A DNA stretch of 64,000 nucleotides from a bacterium (GCA_965216315.1 CBDCFN010000016.1:1440001-1504000), one strand, 5' to 3'. Shown: positions 22,518 to 31,601, counted from the stretch's first letter. The notes: generated by a model from the sequence alone, not told the origin. Program-made: numbers and translations.

Positions 22518-23447
22518 TTACAATTTGATTTTATCTAATATCTTTTGGGCCGACTCATAGGGATTCGTTCCATTTCCCTGAATAAGTTTTGATTCGGAAA
22601 CTTTTTTACTGACTTCTTCTAAGATAATTTCATGCGTTTCTTGAGTCGCCAACTGCTTGCGGCGCTCATCACTCAAGCCCTGTTGACGAAGGAATCGCCT
22701 GTGTTCATCGATGGCTTCGATAAGTTTATCGACGCCGACATCATCGCGCGCCTGCACCAAAAGCACGGGGACCTTCCATGTGGAATTTGTTTCCGAATTC
22801 CCTCGGCTACTCTGACTGATATCGATCATCGCCATCAGTTCTTGGGCCATTTGATCCGCCCCGGCGCGATCCGCTTTATTCACGACGAAAATGTCCGCGA
22901 TTTCCAGTATGCCCGCCTTCATAGTTTGGATTGTATCGCCTGATTCGGGGGTCAAAACGACGATCGTCGTTTCCGCAATCCCCATGATATTCAGTTCGGT
23001 CTGGCCCACTCCAACAGTCTCAACAATCGCCTCATCAAAACCGAAGGCATCGATCAATTTGACCATCTCACGGGTCGCGCGCGACACGCCACCCAGACTA
23101 CCCCGTGTTCCGAGGCTGCGAATAAATACCTGGTCGTCGCCGGCATGCTCCTGCATCCGGATACGGTCCCCCATCACGGCCCCACCGCTGAACGGACTGG
23201 AGGGATCAATCGCGACGACCCCGACGCTCTTACGGGCGGCCCGCAAATGGGCAATCAGTCGGTCGACCAGTGTACTCTTGCCGGCGCCCGGAGGTCCGGT
23301 CACGCCAATGGTATGGACGTGTCCACAACGCTCTTGGATCTCCTGCATAATGGAAAACACACCCTCGGCGCGGTTTTCTACGAGGGTCATCAGTCGCGAG
23401 AGTGCCAGGGGGTCTTTTTGAAGTAACTTTTCAACGAGTGGATGCAT
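22518..23447 (-). CDS. meaB: Methylmalonyl-CoA mutase-associated GTPase MeaB/ArgK
   Basis: GVTGPPGAGKST, DPSSPFSGGA..GDRIRM, ETVGVGQ, VVNKAD. Confidence 0.92.
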   Translation of the reverse strand: MHPLVEKLLQKDPLALSRLMTLVENRAEGVFSIMQEIQERCGHVHTIGVTGPPGAGKSTLVDRLIAHLRAARKSVGVVAIDPSSPFSGGAVMGDRIRMQEHAGDDQVFIRSLGTRGSLGGVSRATREMVKLIDAFGFDEAIVETVGVGQTELNIMGIAETTIVVLTPESGDTIQTMKAGILEIADIFVVNKADRAGADQMAQELMAMIDISQSSRGNSETNSTWKVPVLLVQARDDVGVDKLIEAIDEHRRFLRQQGLSDERRKQLATQETHEIILEEVSKKVSESKLIQGNGTNPYESAQKILDKIKL

Positions 23448-23510
23448 GGGTTTATTGAAACTATCGGAGTAAGTAGTTGAAATCAATTGAAATACCGTGA
23501 GAACCTGCAA

Positions 23511-23584
23511 CGGGTGGCGCGAGTAATCCTTGGGAACGTCTCTTCAGACGCAGCCCAAGGATTGCGACGGCGACAGGACCCGCC
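23511..23584 (-). repeat. ~75-bp palindromic dispersed repeat, copy 2
   Basis: Inverted copy of 20647-20720. Confidence 0.85.
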
Positions 23585-23656
23585 AACTTCTACTATAAAC
23601 TGTGGTTTTAGGCCCCCATCTGGGGTGTAAAACCCCCTATTTCCGGATCAGCTGAG

Positions 23657-23683
23657 CAACGTGATCAGCGCGACTGTCGATTA
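23657..23683 (+). promoter_or_regulatory. sigma28-like promoter
   Basis: CAAC-N15-GTCGATTA; the same motif precedes several other orphan genes. Confidence 0.5.
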
Positions 23684-23729
23684 TATAAATAATTACATGG
23701 ACTTATAATGTCCTCCCATGTCGGCGCGT

Positions 23730-23745
23730 TGGCACGGGACTTGCT
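23730..23745 (+). promoter_or_regulatory. sigma54 (-24/-12) promoter
   Basis: TGGCACGGGACTTGCT, an exact match to TGGCAC-N5-TTGCW, 45 nt upstream of ATG 23790. Confidence 0.82.
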
Positions 23746-23789
23746 ATATACTACGGTGAAGGATCAGTTCCTTCAGGAGAAAGAATAAT

Positions 23790-24824
23790 ATGTCAGATCC
23801 AGTAGGACAATACGAAGGCGTCAGCGAAATGATCGCCGAGATGATGGAGCAGATGCAGGAGTCTACGAATCAGCAGATTCGTCAGTCCAAGCGTACCATG
23901 ATCACGGAGATGGTCACGGCCCGCCAGCGGCGTGCCACGCAGTCCGTTTTCAATCAACTGGCTGACAACCTGATGGACATTCAATCGGCCCGTAATCTCC
24001 GCAAAGAACTCAAGATGGGGGCGCTTGAAACCGCTTCCGTCCCGGAGTGGAAATCCGCTGAAGAGGTCCGCGCCGAGGCGCCCGAAGTGAGCAAAGGCGG
24101 CGGCGATCCGCTCATCGCCAAATACCAAGGTCTCGCCGACAACTTAGGCGCGATTGTCGCTCACCTTGAAGGCGGTGGTAGCGTTGATGATAAAATGAGC
24201 GAGGCCGGACTCGAAGGCTTTGGGACCATGACGATTCGTCAGTTTCTCGAGGCCCAGAATATCAATCCCAACGACCTCAACGAAATCAAAGAAGCTCAGC
24301 AGGATGCCCAAGCCGTTGCCGATAAAATTGATGAATGGATGTCCAGTGCCACGGATCAATCAGTCGAGGAATTCATGGATGCCCTGTGGGACCGTGCCGA
24401 TAACCTCGATCCGGATACAGTCCAGGAGATCATGGATGCCGTTGAGCACTATAGTGAGATGAAGCGGATCCAAGGTGTCATTGATGAGGCCATTGCCGAT
24501 GGCGCGACCAGCGGGTTTGAAATCATCCTCTATATGACCGATACGTCAAAGGTTGCCGGCGGGGAAGAAATGCTTGAATATCTCGCCGCGCATGGCATTT
24601 TCCTTGAAGGCTCGGCCGATGAGGTCAAAAATGCCATCCAGGCCGAAGTCGACTCCGCCAAGGCCCACATGGATGCCGTAATCGAAGCGAACATGGATGA
24701 CAGCTATGTCGGCGAATCCAGCGTGAGCACGCAAAGTGCGATGCAGACCGCTAGCGACGAACTCAGCGCTCCGGACAGCTCAGAAGAGGACGAAGAGCTG
24801 GATGAGATCTTAAACGACCTCTAG
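23790..24824 (+). CDS. Acidic, Met/Gln/Glu-rich all-alpha hypothetical protein
   Basis: RBS AGGAGA; 344 aa; no signal peptide or catalytic motif. Confidence 0.85.
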   Translation: MSDPVGQYEGVSEMIAEMMEQMQESTNQQIRQSKRTMITEMVTARQRRATQSVFNQLADNLMDIQSARNLRKELKMGALETASVPEWKSAEEVRAEAPEVSKGGGDPLIAKYQGLADNLGAIVAHLEGGGSVDDKMSEAGLEGFGTMTIRQFLEAQNINPNDLNEIKEAQQDAQAVADKIDEWMSSATDQSVEEFMDALWDRADNLDPDTVQEIMDAVEHYSEMKRIQGVIDEAIADGATSGFEIILYMTDTSKVAGGEEMLEYLAAHGIFLEGSADEVKNAIQAEVDSAKAHMDAVIEANMDDSYVGESSVSTQSAMQTASDELSAPDSSEEDEELDEILNDL

Positions 24825-24855
24825 TCTCTCCCGGCGCCCCAATTACTTGAAAATA

Positions 24856-24884
24856 TTGAAAATTTGGCCTGTCTGCATTAGTAT
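24856..24884 (+). promoter_or_regulatory. sigma70-like promoter
   Basis: TTGAAA-N17-TAGTAT. Confidence 0.55.
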
Positions 24885-24901
24885 GGCAGCTGCGGAGTGC
24901 T

Positions 24902-25600
24902 ATGGCCGATTTAAAGCGCGCAAAAGAGATCATGGATTGGCTTTGGAAGCAGATGCACCGAGGCAATCTCAAAATGCCCGCCGATCAACTCATCTTTGAG
25001 GGCGAGCACGACCTCGTCTATCTGTACAACACCGGCTTTGTCGATACGGATAAGTTCTCGCTAGATAAGTGGATCCAGGCCTTCCGCGAAAGCCGGCAAC
25101 GGGACGGCAGTTACAGCCTGACCCATGAACAATGGCTGGATAAAGTCACCTATCGCTACAATGAAAAAGTGGAAGCCCCCTTTGATATAATGGCCATCAG
25201 GGAAGGAGAATGGACTGAATCGGAGTGGAAAGACTTTGTCAAAGAAAAGATCATGCCAGAGACAATTTTTACCTATGATCAGTTCTTAAAAGGCTTTGAA
25301 GAAGGCAAGAAGGCCGGCAAGCTTAAAAATGGCATGGTCATTGTAACGCAGGAACTCAAACAAACTTGGCTGCAGGCAATTAACAAAAACCCTTCACCTC
25401 AACGTCACCGCGCTCTCGCAGTCCACCGTATTCGTCAGCATGAAAACTTTGAATCTCCGTCTGGGATGCAAAAATCAAAAGGGGCTGCGAAACGACCTGT
25501 AGTTACTGAACAGGAAAAGACTAAATATGATAAAAGTCCTGACCGACAGAAACAAATGACAGGTAAACTCAGTGATCTGCTTTCGGGATCTAAAAAGTAG
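24902..25600 (+). CDS. Unknown family X, paralog 1
   Basis: Shares DLVxxYxxGFVD...W..AF..S.Q.DG.Y...PF...KNG...PSP with the genes at 31065 and 31781. Confidence 0.88.
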   Translation: MADLKRAKEIMDWLWKQMHRGNLKMPADQLIFEGEHDLVYLYNTGFVDTDKFSLDKWIQAFRESRQRDGSYSLTHEQWLDKVTYRYNEKVEAPFDIMAIREGEWTESEWKDFVKEKIMPETIFTYDQFLKGFEEGKKAGKLKNGMVIVTQELKQTWLQAINKNPSPQRHRALAVHRIRQHENFESPSGMQKSKGAAKRPVVTEQEKTKYDKSPDRQKQMTGKLSDLLSGSKK

Positions 25601-25609
25601 TATTGACCC

Positions 25610-26974
25610 ATGTTTAAGGTCGCACTCATTACCGCTAAAAAAAGAAGCCCCGAGTATCTTTTTCAAACTTCTGGCATTGATCTTGGTACCATGTCGCTCG
25701 AGGCCTATATATCAGCACAAACCGATGATGTTGATGTCTTGGTCACTGAAGAAATAGAAGATATCATTAAATACAGCCCCGACCTGCTAGGCATTTCAAC
25801 AACTTCAGAAAACTACTTTCTTGCAACAAAGATCGCGAAAGAAGTCCGAACTAAAATTGATTGCCGGGTTGTCGTTGGGGGTGCCCACATAACTGGATGT
25901 CCCGAATCGCTCACGCACGATTTCGAACTCGGAGTCCGCGGCGAAGGCGAAGAAACTTTTTTAGAAGTCATCGAAACTTTTAAACGCGGCGAAAATAATC
26001 CCAACAATTACAAAGATATTCAAGGCATCGCATATCACGGAGAAAATGGCCCGATACTAACACCACTACGACCGCCCATAAAAGACCTGGGAGCTCTCCC
26101 CGTTCCGAACCGGAGAAAATGGGTCGAGAAGATAGGCCTCCCCTTTTTGATGACAGTAAGAGGCTGTCCGTTTCACTGTTGGTTCTGCGCGGCTCGTGAA
26201 ACCTATACGGGACTCCGCTACTTTCCAGTTGATCACGCTATCGCCGAAATAAAAGATATCATCGACAATTTTCATCCCCAATGCATCCGTATTTTTGATG
26301 ATGTTTTCAATCTCAGCAAGGATCGCGTCAAAGAATTTACTTCGCGCATGATCTCAGAGGGGCTTACAAAAGACGTCTCCTATATCTGCTGGGTACGAGC
26401 AGAGCTACTCGACCAAGAATACGTAGACTTATTGAGCAAAGCCAATTTTGTTCATGTTTCATTTGGGGTGGAGTCAGCAGACGAGGCGCTGATGAAAAAA
26501 ATGAAAGGTGGGCGTATTGACTTGCAATCGGTTCAATCAGCTATCGATATGCTGCATGCTGCGGGAATCAATATCGCTTGCACCTTTATCATTGGGACAC
26601 CTGGTGAAACGACGAAGGAACTCGATGAAACCTACGAATTCATTGAGAAAAATTTTGACAAACTGTTGGATGTCGAAATTAACCCTTTGATTCCCATGCC
26701 TGCCACGCCATTGTGGACTCATGCAGAAAAACGCGGACTCGTCAGCAAGGACATGAATTGGGATATATTATCCGACACCGGAGTCCTGCTCGCCTTTAAT
26801 AGTGATGACTATATATACTTGAATGATGCGATGCCTAAAGAAGTTTTCCTCTCTTATGTCGAAAAATTTAAGGCGCTCTATAAAAGAATCATAGAAAAAC
26901 CGCAAATAGCTGAATTTGCCGAAAAAACTTTTCCAATGTCCGTATTTCCTGCAAGGCTTAAGCGCCTGAGTTAA
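25610..26974 (+). CDS. Cobalamin-binding radical SAM enzyme (class B methyltransferase-like)
   Basis: PDLLGIS, VVGGAH and GEGE B12-binding domain; RGCPFHCWFC (CX3CX2C); FGVES. Confidence 0.92.
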   Translation: MFKVALITAKKRSPEYLFQTSGIDLGTMSLEAYISAQTDDVDVLVTEEIEDIIKYSPDLLGISTTSENYFLATKIAKEVRTKIDCRVVVGGAHITGCPESLTHDFELGVRGEGEETFLEVIETFKRGENNPNNYKDIQGIAYHGENGPILTPLRPPIKDLGALPVPNRRKWVEKIGLPFLMTVRGCPFHCWFCAARETYTGLRYFPVDHAIAEIKDIIDNFHPQCIRIFDDVFNLSKDRVKEFTSRMISEGLTKDVSYICWVRAELLDQEYVDLLSKANFVHVSFGVESADEALMKKMKGGRIDLQSVQSAIDMLHAAGINIACTFIIGTPGETTKELDETYEFIEKNFDKLLDVEINPLIPMPATPLWTHAEKRGLVSKDMNWDILSDTGVLLAFNSDDYIYLNDAMPKEVFLSYVEKFKALYKRIIEKPQIAEFAEKTFPMSVFPARLKRLS

Positions 26975-27995
26975 GGTGATACTTATCAAAAATCTTGGCG
27001 GGGTCGCCACCCAAGATCCGGATTAATGCTCTTAAGTCATCGAGGGTATACTCAACCACATCCGGCATTCCTGCGTAGGCATCAATCACCTCAAAGGGAG
27101 TTTTATCACATTCCTCGGCCAAGATATCGATAAGCTGTAGTGGATAAAGGTCGCGGCGATAGGAAGCGAGATAGTAAGTATACCAATGAGGACGCGTCTG
27201 ATTCGCAAAAATGGGACGCACAAATTCGCCAGCCTCGATCAGCTTATTCAGATTAATCGAACATTTTAATTTAAGCTGTTGCATGACAATCACTAAGGCC
27301 TCTAAAAAAACATTACCTGCATCCTTACCCATTCCTAAGAGACTTGCATCGACAATCGTACAGCCAGCATCCATGGCTTCAAGTGTATTGGCCAGGGCGA
27401 GCTGCAAGGTATTATGCGCATGAAACCCCAGAGGCTGCTGGCTCACTTTCCGGATCGCTTCGACATAGCGTGTCACTTCACCCGGTAACATACATCCGGT
27501 CGTATCGACGAGATAGACATAATCTACCCCCCAATCCGAAAGCTTTTTGACCGACTCAGCAATTTGTTCAGGTTTCACGGCATAGGATCGCGTCAGTTGA
27601 GCACACACTTCGAGTTTTTCTTGTTGGCAATGCTCGATGAATGGCTTCAAGGGCTCCGGTTGGATAGGAGAAGAAATGAGCCGCACAAAATCATAATACT
27701 CAGCGACCGCACTGATTTCATCTTGGGACGCACAGCGCGGATCCGCGAGGGCTCCAAGCTTGGCCTTTTTCTGTCCGCGTGCCGCCGCCTGGGCATAAGC
27801 GAGATCATCCGCTCCATGAGGATAGCCTTGCTTTTGGGCTCCAACTCCAGCACCGTGACTGGCCTCAATATAGGCCACGCCGGCCGCATCAAGCCGCGCG
27901 ACAATTCCCTCAATCTGCTCTGGAGTATAGGCGAAATCGAGCAGGAAACTCCCGTCACGTATCGTGACATCCATAATTTGAGCGGTACTTGGCAT
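26958..27995 (-). CDS. HMGL-like (DRE-TIM) aldolase, 4-hydroxy-2-oxovalerate aldolase-like
   Basis: DVTIRDG, YIEASHG.G, YLVDTTG, GFHAHN, DASLLGMG..AGN. Confidence 0.85.
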   Translation of the reverse strand: MPSTAQIMDVTIRDGSFLLDFAYTPEQIEGIVARLDAAGVAYIEASHGAGVGAQKQGYPHGADDLAYAQAAARGQKKAKLGALADPRCASQDEISAVAEYYDFVRLISSPIQPEPLKPFIEHCQQEKLEVCAQLTRSYAVKPEQIAESVKKLSDWGVDYVYLVDTTGCMLPGEVTRYVEAIRKVSQQPLGFHAHNTLQLALANTLEAMDAGCTIVDASLLGMGKDAGNVFLEALVIVMQQLKLKCSINLNKLIEAGEFVRPIFANQTRPHWYTYYLASYRRDLYPLQLIDILAEECDKTPFEVIDAYAGMPDVVEYTLDDLRALIRILGGDPAKIFDKYHLNSGA

Positions 27996-28081
27996 AATCC
28001 CTTGAAATTGTTAGAATAATATATCAGCAACTGAGGCGGAAAACAATAAAAAATATAGCAATTTCAGATAGTTACACTACG

Positions 28082-28109
28082 CAACTCGAACACGCCTCAG
28101 GGTCGATAA
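28082..28109 (+). promoter_or_regulatory. sigma28-like promoter
   Basis: CAAC-N16-GTCGATAA. Confidence 0.55.
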
Positions 28110-28132
28110 TTAAGGCGTAGGAAATTATTACA

Positions 28133-28525
28133 ATGGATTTATACCTTTTTGATAATGATCCCAAGATAGTCCGCCTGAAACCAGGAAAGTTTTTTGGCGT
28201 CGCAGCGGCTGTCGGTGTGGCAGGAGCCGTCGCGGCAGTTGCCGGAGCGGCCATTACCGCTGGAACGACTGCGAGTGAAGGGGCCAAAAACCGGGCTGCT
28301 AGCCAACAGGCGATGTCGATGCAACAGGCCAACGAGAGCGCCCATGCCCAGGACGAAATGGCCGCTCATATGATGCAAGTCTTTCAGGATGACGGCATCG
28401 CGGCAGCGGCCGGTGGAATGGCGCAGAACAACGCGATTGGCCTGATGGGCGTCGGTGGCATGATGGGCCAAGGCGGCGAAGGTGGTCAGGGGGGCCAAGG
28501 CGGCCCGATGGGAATGCCCGTATAA
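28133..28525 (+). CDS. Small Gly/Ala/Gln/Met-rich protein with hydrophobic helix
   Basis: FFGVAAAVGVAGAVAAVAGAAITAG followed by a Gln-rich helix; paralogous to the gene at 28546. Confidence 0.75.
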   Translation: MDLYLFDNDPKIVRLKPGKFFGVAAAVGVAGAVAAVAGAAITAGTTASEGAKNRAASQQAMSMQQANESAHAQDEMAAHMMQVFQDDGIAAAAGGMAQNNAIGLMGVGGMMGQGGEGGQGGQGGPMGMPV

Positions 28526-28545
28526 ACTTTTTTTGAGGAGACCAA

Positions 28546-28974
28546 ATGGCAGGCGATACAACCGTACAGAATCAGACTCCGGTAGCACCGCCACCCGCGG
28601 ACACCCTTTCCGGCGGCGGAGCCGGTGCAACCGGATCCGAAGGCGCGCAGGCCGCCGGTGGCATCGCTGGGGCTGTAGCCGCACTTGGCGGATCCATTGC
28701 CGGCGGAGTCATCACTGCCAACAATGGCGCCAACCAACGCGCCGCCCTCATTGAAGGGACCCGCGCACAAATTCATGCGCAACAGACCGAGCGATCAATG
28801 GCCATGGCCGTCATGTCACAGCAACTCGGTGAACTTGAAAGTAGACAAATGATTGCCGCGTCATTGGGAGTCGGCGGAGCGGGCCAAGGCACGACCACCG
28901 ATACGACGCAAACGGATCCCAATCTCAGTCCAGATCGTCCAACCGGGACGCCTCAAAATCGCAACTTCGCCTAA
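28546..28974 (+). CDS. Small Gly/Ala/Gln-rich protein with Pro-rich N-terminus and hydrophobic helix
   Basis: RBS GAGGAG; 14/28 ungapped identity to the 28133 protein across AGAVAA...GAxxRAA. Confidence 0.8.
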   Translation: MAGDTTVQNQTPVAPPPADTLSGGGAGATGSEGAQAAGGIAGAVAALGGSIAGGVITANNGANQRAALIEGTRAQIHAQQTERSMAMAVMSQQLGELESRQMIAASLGVGGAGQGTTTDTTQTDPNLSPDRPTGTPQNRNFA

Positions 28975-29654
28975 TCTAACCGTTCTTGCGGAACCAAAAC
29001 TTCATGAGCCCGCAACCACTTGGTCGCGGTCCACTTCTCACCGATTTCTACCGGGCAAGACGCATGCAGCGAATTCTCATCGATCTGCTCACCGACCGAA
29101 CAATTCTTGAAGTAAAGCGCGGCCCCTTGCTTCGGCCGCACCCCCAGCTTCAGCTTGGGGAAGGTTGTTTCGCCGCCCCGCTCCACATCCGATAAATAAA
29201 GGAGCACGGTGCCGACCCGCTGGCCGCCTCCCGCCAGCAACGAATGACTGCCCGCATATTGGGGATCAAAATAGTCATGATGCGCCTTATATTCTTTGCC
29301 GATTTGGTAGTGCAGCACGTGAAACGGTTCGCCTTTGTTGACCGGATGCTGCACCCACGCCGCAATGCGCGCCTCCAGACAACTCACGCGCATGTTTTGT
29401 TGCCGCTTCAAGAAGACTCCCTGACTCGTCCGCATGCCGACAAATTGTTCATCCGGCAAGCCAGCAATATTGGTTAATCCGGACGGCTTTAAATCAGGCT
29501 GTGCCAGTTCGATTAAATACGCGCATTCCTCCGGACTGAGAAACTCCGGCCAGATTTCAATATAGGGGCTCACGCTCAGGACTTCTCGTCGCTGCGGTGT
29601 CACATAGCGCCACCGTTTCCAAAAACGGAAATCGATACTAGGAAATAGTCGCAT
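28971..29654 (-). CDS. 2OG-Fe(II) oxygenase, prolyl 4-hydroxylase-like
   Basis: EYKAHHDYF (HxD), GGQRVGTVLLYLSDVERGGETTFP, LHASCPV..GEKW..TKW. Confidence 0.92.
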   Translation of the reverse strand: MRLFPSIDFRFWKRWRYVTPQRREVLSVSPYIEIWPEFLSPEECAYLIELAQPDLKPSGLTNIAGLPDEQFVGMRTSQGVFLKRQQNMRVSCLEARIAAWVQHPVNKGEPFHVLHYQIGKEYKAHHDYFDPQYAGSHSLLAGGGQRVGTVLLYLSDVERGGETTFPKLKLGVRPKQGAALYFKNCSVGEQIDENSLHASCPVEIGEKWTATKWLRAHEVLVPQERLD

Positions 29655-29783
29655 CCCTTAACCATCTCATCGCGCTAGGCTAATAAGCGATATTGCCATA
29701 AACTATTGAAATTGTTAAGGTAATCAAGAGCGCTCACGCAAAAAAACGTGAAATACTCAATGATTACATGACGTTACAGCTAA

Positions 29784-29810
29784 CAACCCGAGCGGCGCAT
29801 CCGCCGATAA
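29784..29810 (+). promoter_or_regulatory. sigma28-like promoter
   Basis: CAAC-N15-GCCGATAA, with an exact FliA -10 consensus. Confidence 0.65.
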
Positions 29811-29817
29811 TAAGGGG

Positions 29818-30474
29818 ATGACGATGCAAGCGCAGCAGCGGCGGGTCCCGCCGCATATTCAGCATCCTGACGGCCATACGGTCTATCTAATCGATGACGC
29901 CGAGATGGATGAATTGCTCCCTCCGCCCACGGAGCTTCCAATCCCTTGTAGTGGCTTTATGGACCATGAGGGCCACATCCACTACGAGCTCTGCCATTTT
30001 AGCTGGTACCCGCCGCGAGGCTTCTGGAACAAGCTCAAGATCAGCTTTAACATGAAAGACTATTACCTCTCCACCCCGCGCCATCTCTGCGAAGGAGGCC
30101 TCCATCGAGACCCCAATGAGCTTGTCGGCGCCGGCGTTGCGACCTATTACCCCCAGGATCACCATGCCGAACTCGTCCACCTCGGGCTCCGCCCCCGGAG
30201 CGAGATACCCGAATTTGACGTAAGTCTTCGAAAAGACGCGATTTTTCGCTTTCAGCGCAGCTACAATCGCTTCATTCAGTGGTTGGGCGGGACCCGCCTG
30301 ACGACCTATACCGCCATTATTCCGGATGACAAGATGCAGGCCCTCGGCTGGAAACCGTTTAAGTTCTCCAGCATGAGAGAGCGCTTAAAATATTTTTGGT
30401 ACTGTTTACCCCCGAGCTTATTTGGTAAGCTACGTGCATACGAAATAAATTTGCCCGTAGACGAAACTGGATGA
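29818..30474 (+). CDS. Hypothetical protein, possible GNAT-like fold
   Basis: ELVGAGVATY...AELVHLGLRP and MQALGWKP resemble GNAT beta3-beta4 and the C-terminal motif; fold call is weak. Confidence 0.6.
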   Translation: MTMQAQQRRVPPHIQHPDGHTVYLIDDAEMDELLPPPTELPIPCSGFMDHEGHIHYELCHFSWYPPRGFWNKLKISFNMKDYYLSTPRHLCEGGLHRDPNELVGAGVATYYPQDHHAELVHLGLRPRSEIPEFDVSLRKDAIFRFQRSYNRFIQWLGGTRLTTYTAIIPDDKMQALGWKPFKFSSMRERLKYFWYCLPPSLFGKLRAYEINLPVDETG

Positions 30475-30491
30475 GCCTAAGAGCCCGATAA
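30464..30491 (+). promoter_or_regulatory. sigma28-like promoter
   Basis: AAAC-N16-CCCGATAA. Confidence 0.5.
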
Positions 30492-30556
30492 TAATCATGT
30501 AGGCGGCTCTATCGAGTCGCCTCGCCTAACAAGCTTTTTAGCGAAGGAGTTTTTAT

Positions 30557-30943
30557 ATGTCTTCAGGATCCCCACCGCCGGCGCCACCGCCAGTCGATTA
30601 TAATCCCGCCATGAGCGTTCAGGCCATGGCCAGTGCTGACAAGATGGCCATGTTCGTCGGAGGCCAGGTTCAGCAAACCATGTTGCAGACCAACATGATG
30701 AACCTCATGGGCATGCGCATGCAGATGATGCAGGAAGACAAGCTCGATGCCAAACTCGAGATTGCCTCCATGAATTACGAAGCGCGCATGCAAGAGGCCC
30801 AGTGGCGTCATGAAGAAAGAACCCAGGAACTGGCCAATAACCACGTCGAAGCCTTAGTCGACAAGGGCATGATGGATCAGGAACAGTTCTCCGACATCCG
30901 CTACCCTTATCAATGGGGCGGTTCGGGAGATGCAGGCGCCTAA
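30557..30943 (+). CDS. Small Met/Gln-rich helical protein with N-terminal polyproline
   Basis: RBS AAGGAG; MSSGSPPPAPPPVDY; followed by a terminator. Confidence 0.85.
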   Translation: MSSGSPPPAPPPVDYNPAMSVQAMASADKMAMFVGGQVQQTMLQTNMMNLMGMRMQMMQEDKLDAKLEIASMNYEARMQEAQWRHEERTQELANNHVEALVDKGMMDQEQFSDIRYPYQWGGSGDAGA

Positions 30944-30976
30944 GTAAAGAATATTATATGCTGCAGCTCGTTCAGC

Positions 30977-31015
30977 AAACCCACTTAGAGCGATTGCTTT
31001 AAGTGGGTTTTTTTT
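30977..31015 (+). terminator. Rho-independent terminator
   Basis: AAACCCACTTAGAGC-GATT-GCTTTAAGTGGGTTT hairpin plus T run. Confidence 0.85.
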
Positions 31016-31024
31016 CGGCTCATC

Positions 31025-31053
31025 TTGACGCGATTCCATGATACAGATACCCT
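31025..31053 (+). promoter_or_regulatory. sigma70-like promoter
   Basis: TTGACG-N17-TACCCT. Confidence 0.5.
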
Positions 31054-31064
31054 ACTCTCCACTC

Positions 31065-31601
31065 ATGTCTTTCTTCACGGATATCTGGGACAAGATTGCC
31101 AAGGACGATGGAACCGGAACACGCGTCATTAGGTATGGCTCCCTTGATGACTTGGTCTTTCTCTACGCCTCGGGTTTTGTCGACGCCGAAAAATACGATC
31201 TTAAAGCCTGGCTTGAAGCCTTCGATTCAAGCAAACAGAGTGATGGTTCTTACGTCATCAACAAGGGGCACTGGCTTGAAAAGGAAAAGTTCCATTATCA
31301 TGGCCCGATCCGCGATCCGTTTGAAGCCCACCTCATCCCGGAAAAAGAATTCACCGAAGCCGAACTGATTGAGCTCTTTAATCAGTGTATTGTCCCCTCG
31401 TCACAGGCGACCAAAGAATCCATTCCTAATTTCATCCGCCTGTATGAGAATCGAAACCTGCTTAAGAACGGCAAAATGATGATGACCAAAGAGATCAAGC
31501 AGGAATTACATGACTTCATCGAAGCCTTTCCATCCCCCTTGCGCGTGTTGGAAACCCATCTACACGAAATGCTCCCTTCCGCGGAGAAGAAGCCAGAATA
31601 A
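31065..31601 (+). CDS. Unknown family X, paralog 2 (no C-terminal tail)
   Basis: Collinear and highly similar to the 31781 protein; start set by alignment (MSFFTDIW vs MALFDEIW). Confidence 0.88.
   Translation: MSFFTDIWDKIAKDDGTGTRVIRYGSLDDLVFLYASGFVDAEKYDLKAWLEAFDSSKQSDGSYVINKGHWLEKEKFHYHGPIRDPFEAHLIPEKEFTEAELIELFNQCIVPSSQATKESIPNFIRLYENRNLLKNGKMMMTKEIKQELHDFIEAFPSPLRVLETHLHEMLPSAEKKPE

Noticed and set aside
28133..28230. Type IV prepilin signal
   Set aside because: The sequence is PGK-FF, with no Gly directly before Phe and no Glu at +5
28139..28782. Minus-strand ORFs over the Gly/Ala-rich genes
   Set aside because: The plus-strand ORFs have promoter and RBS support and mutual paralogy; the antisense frames do not
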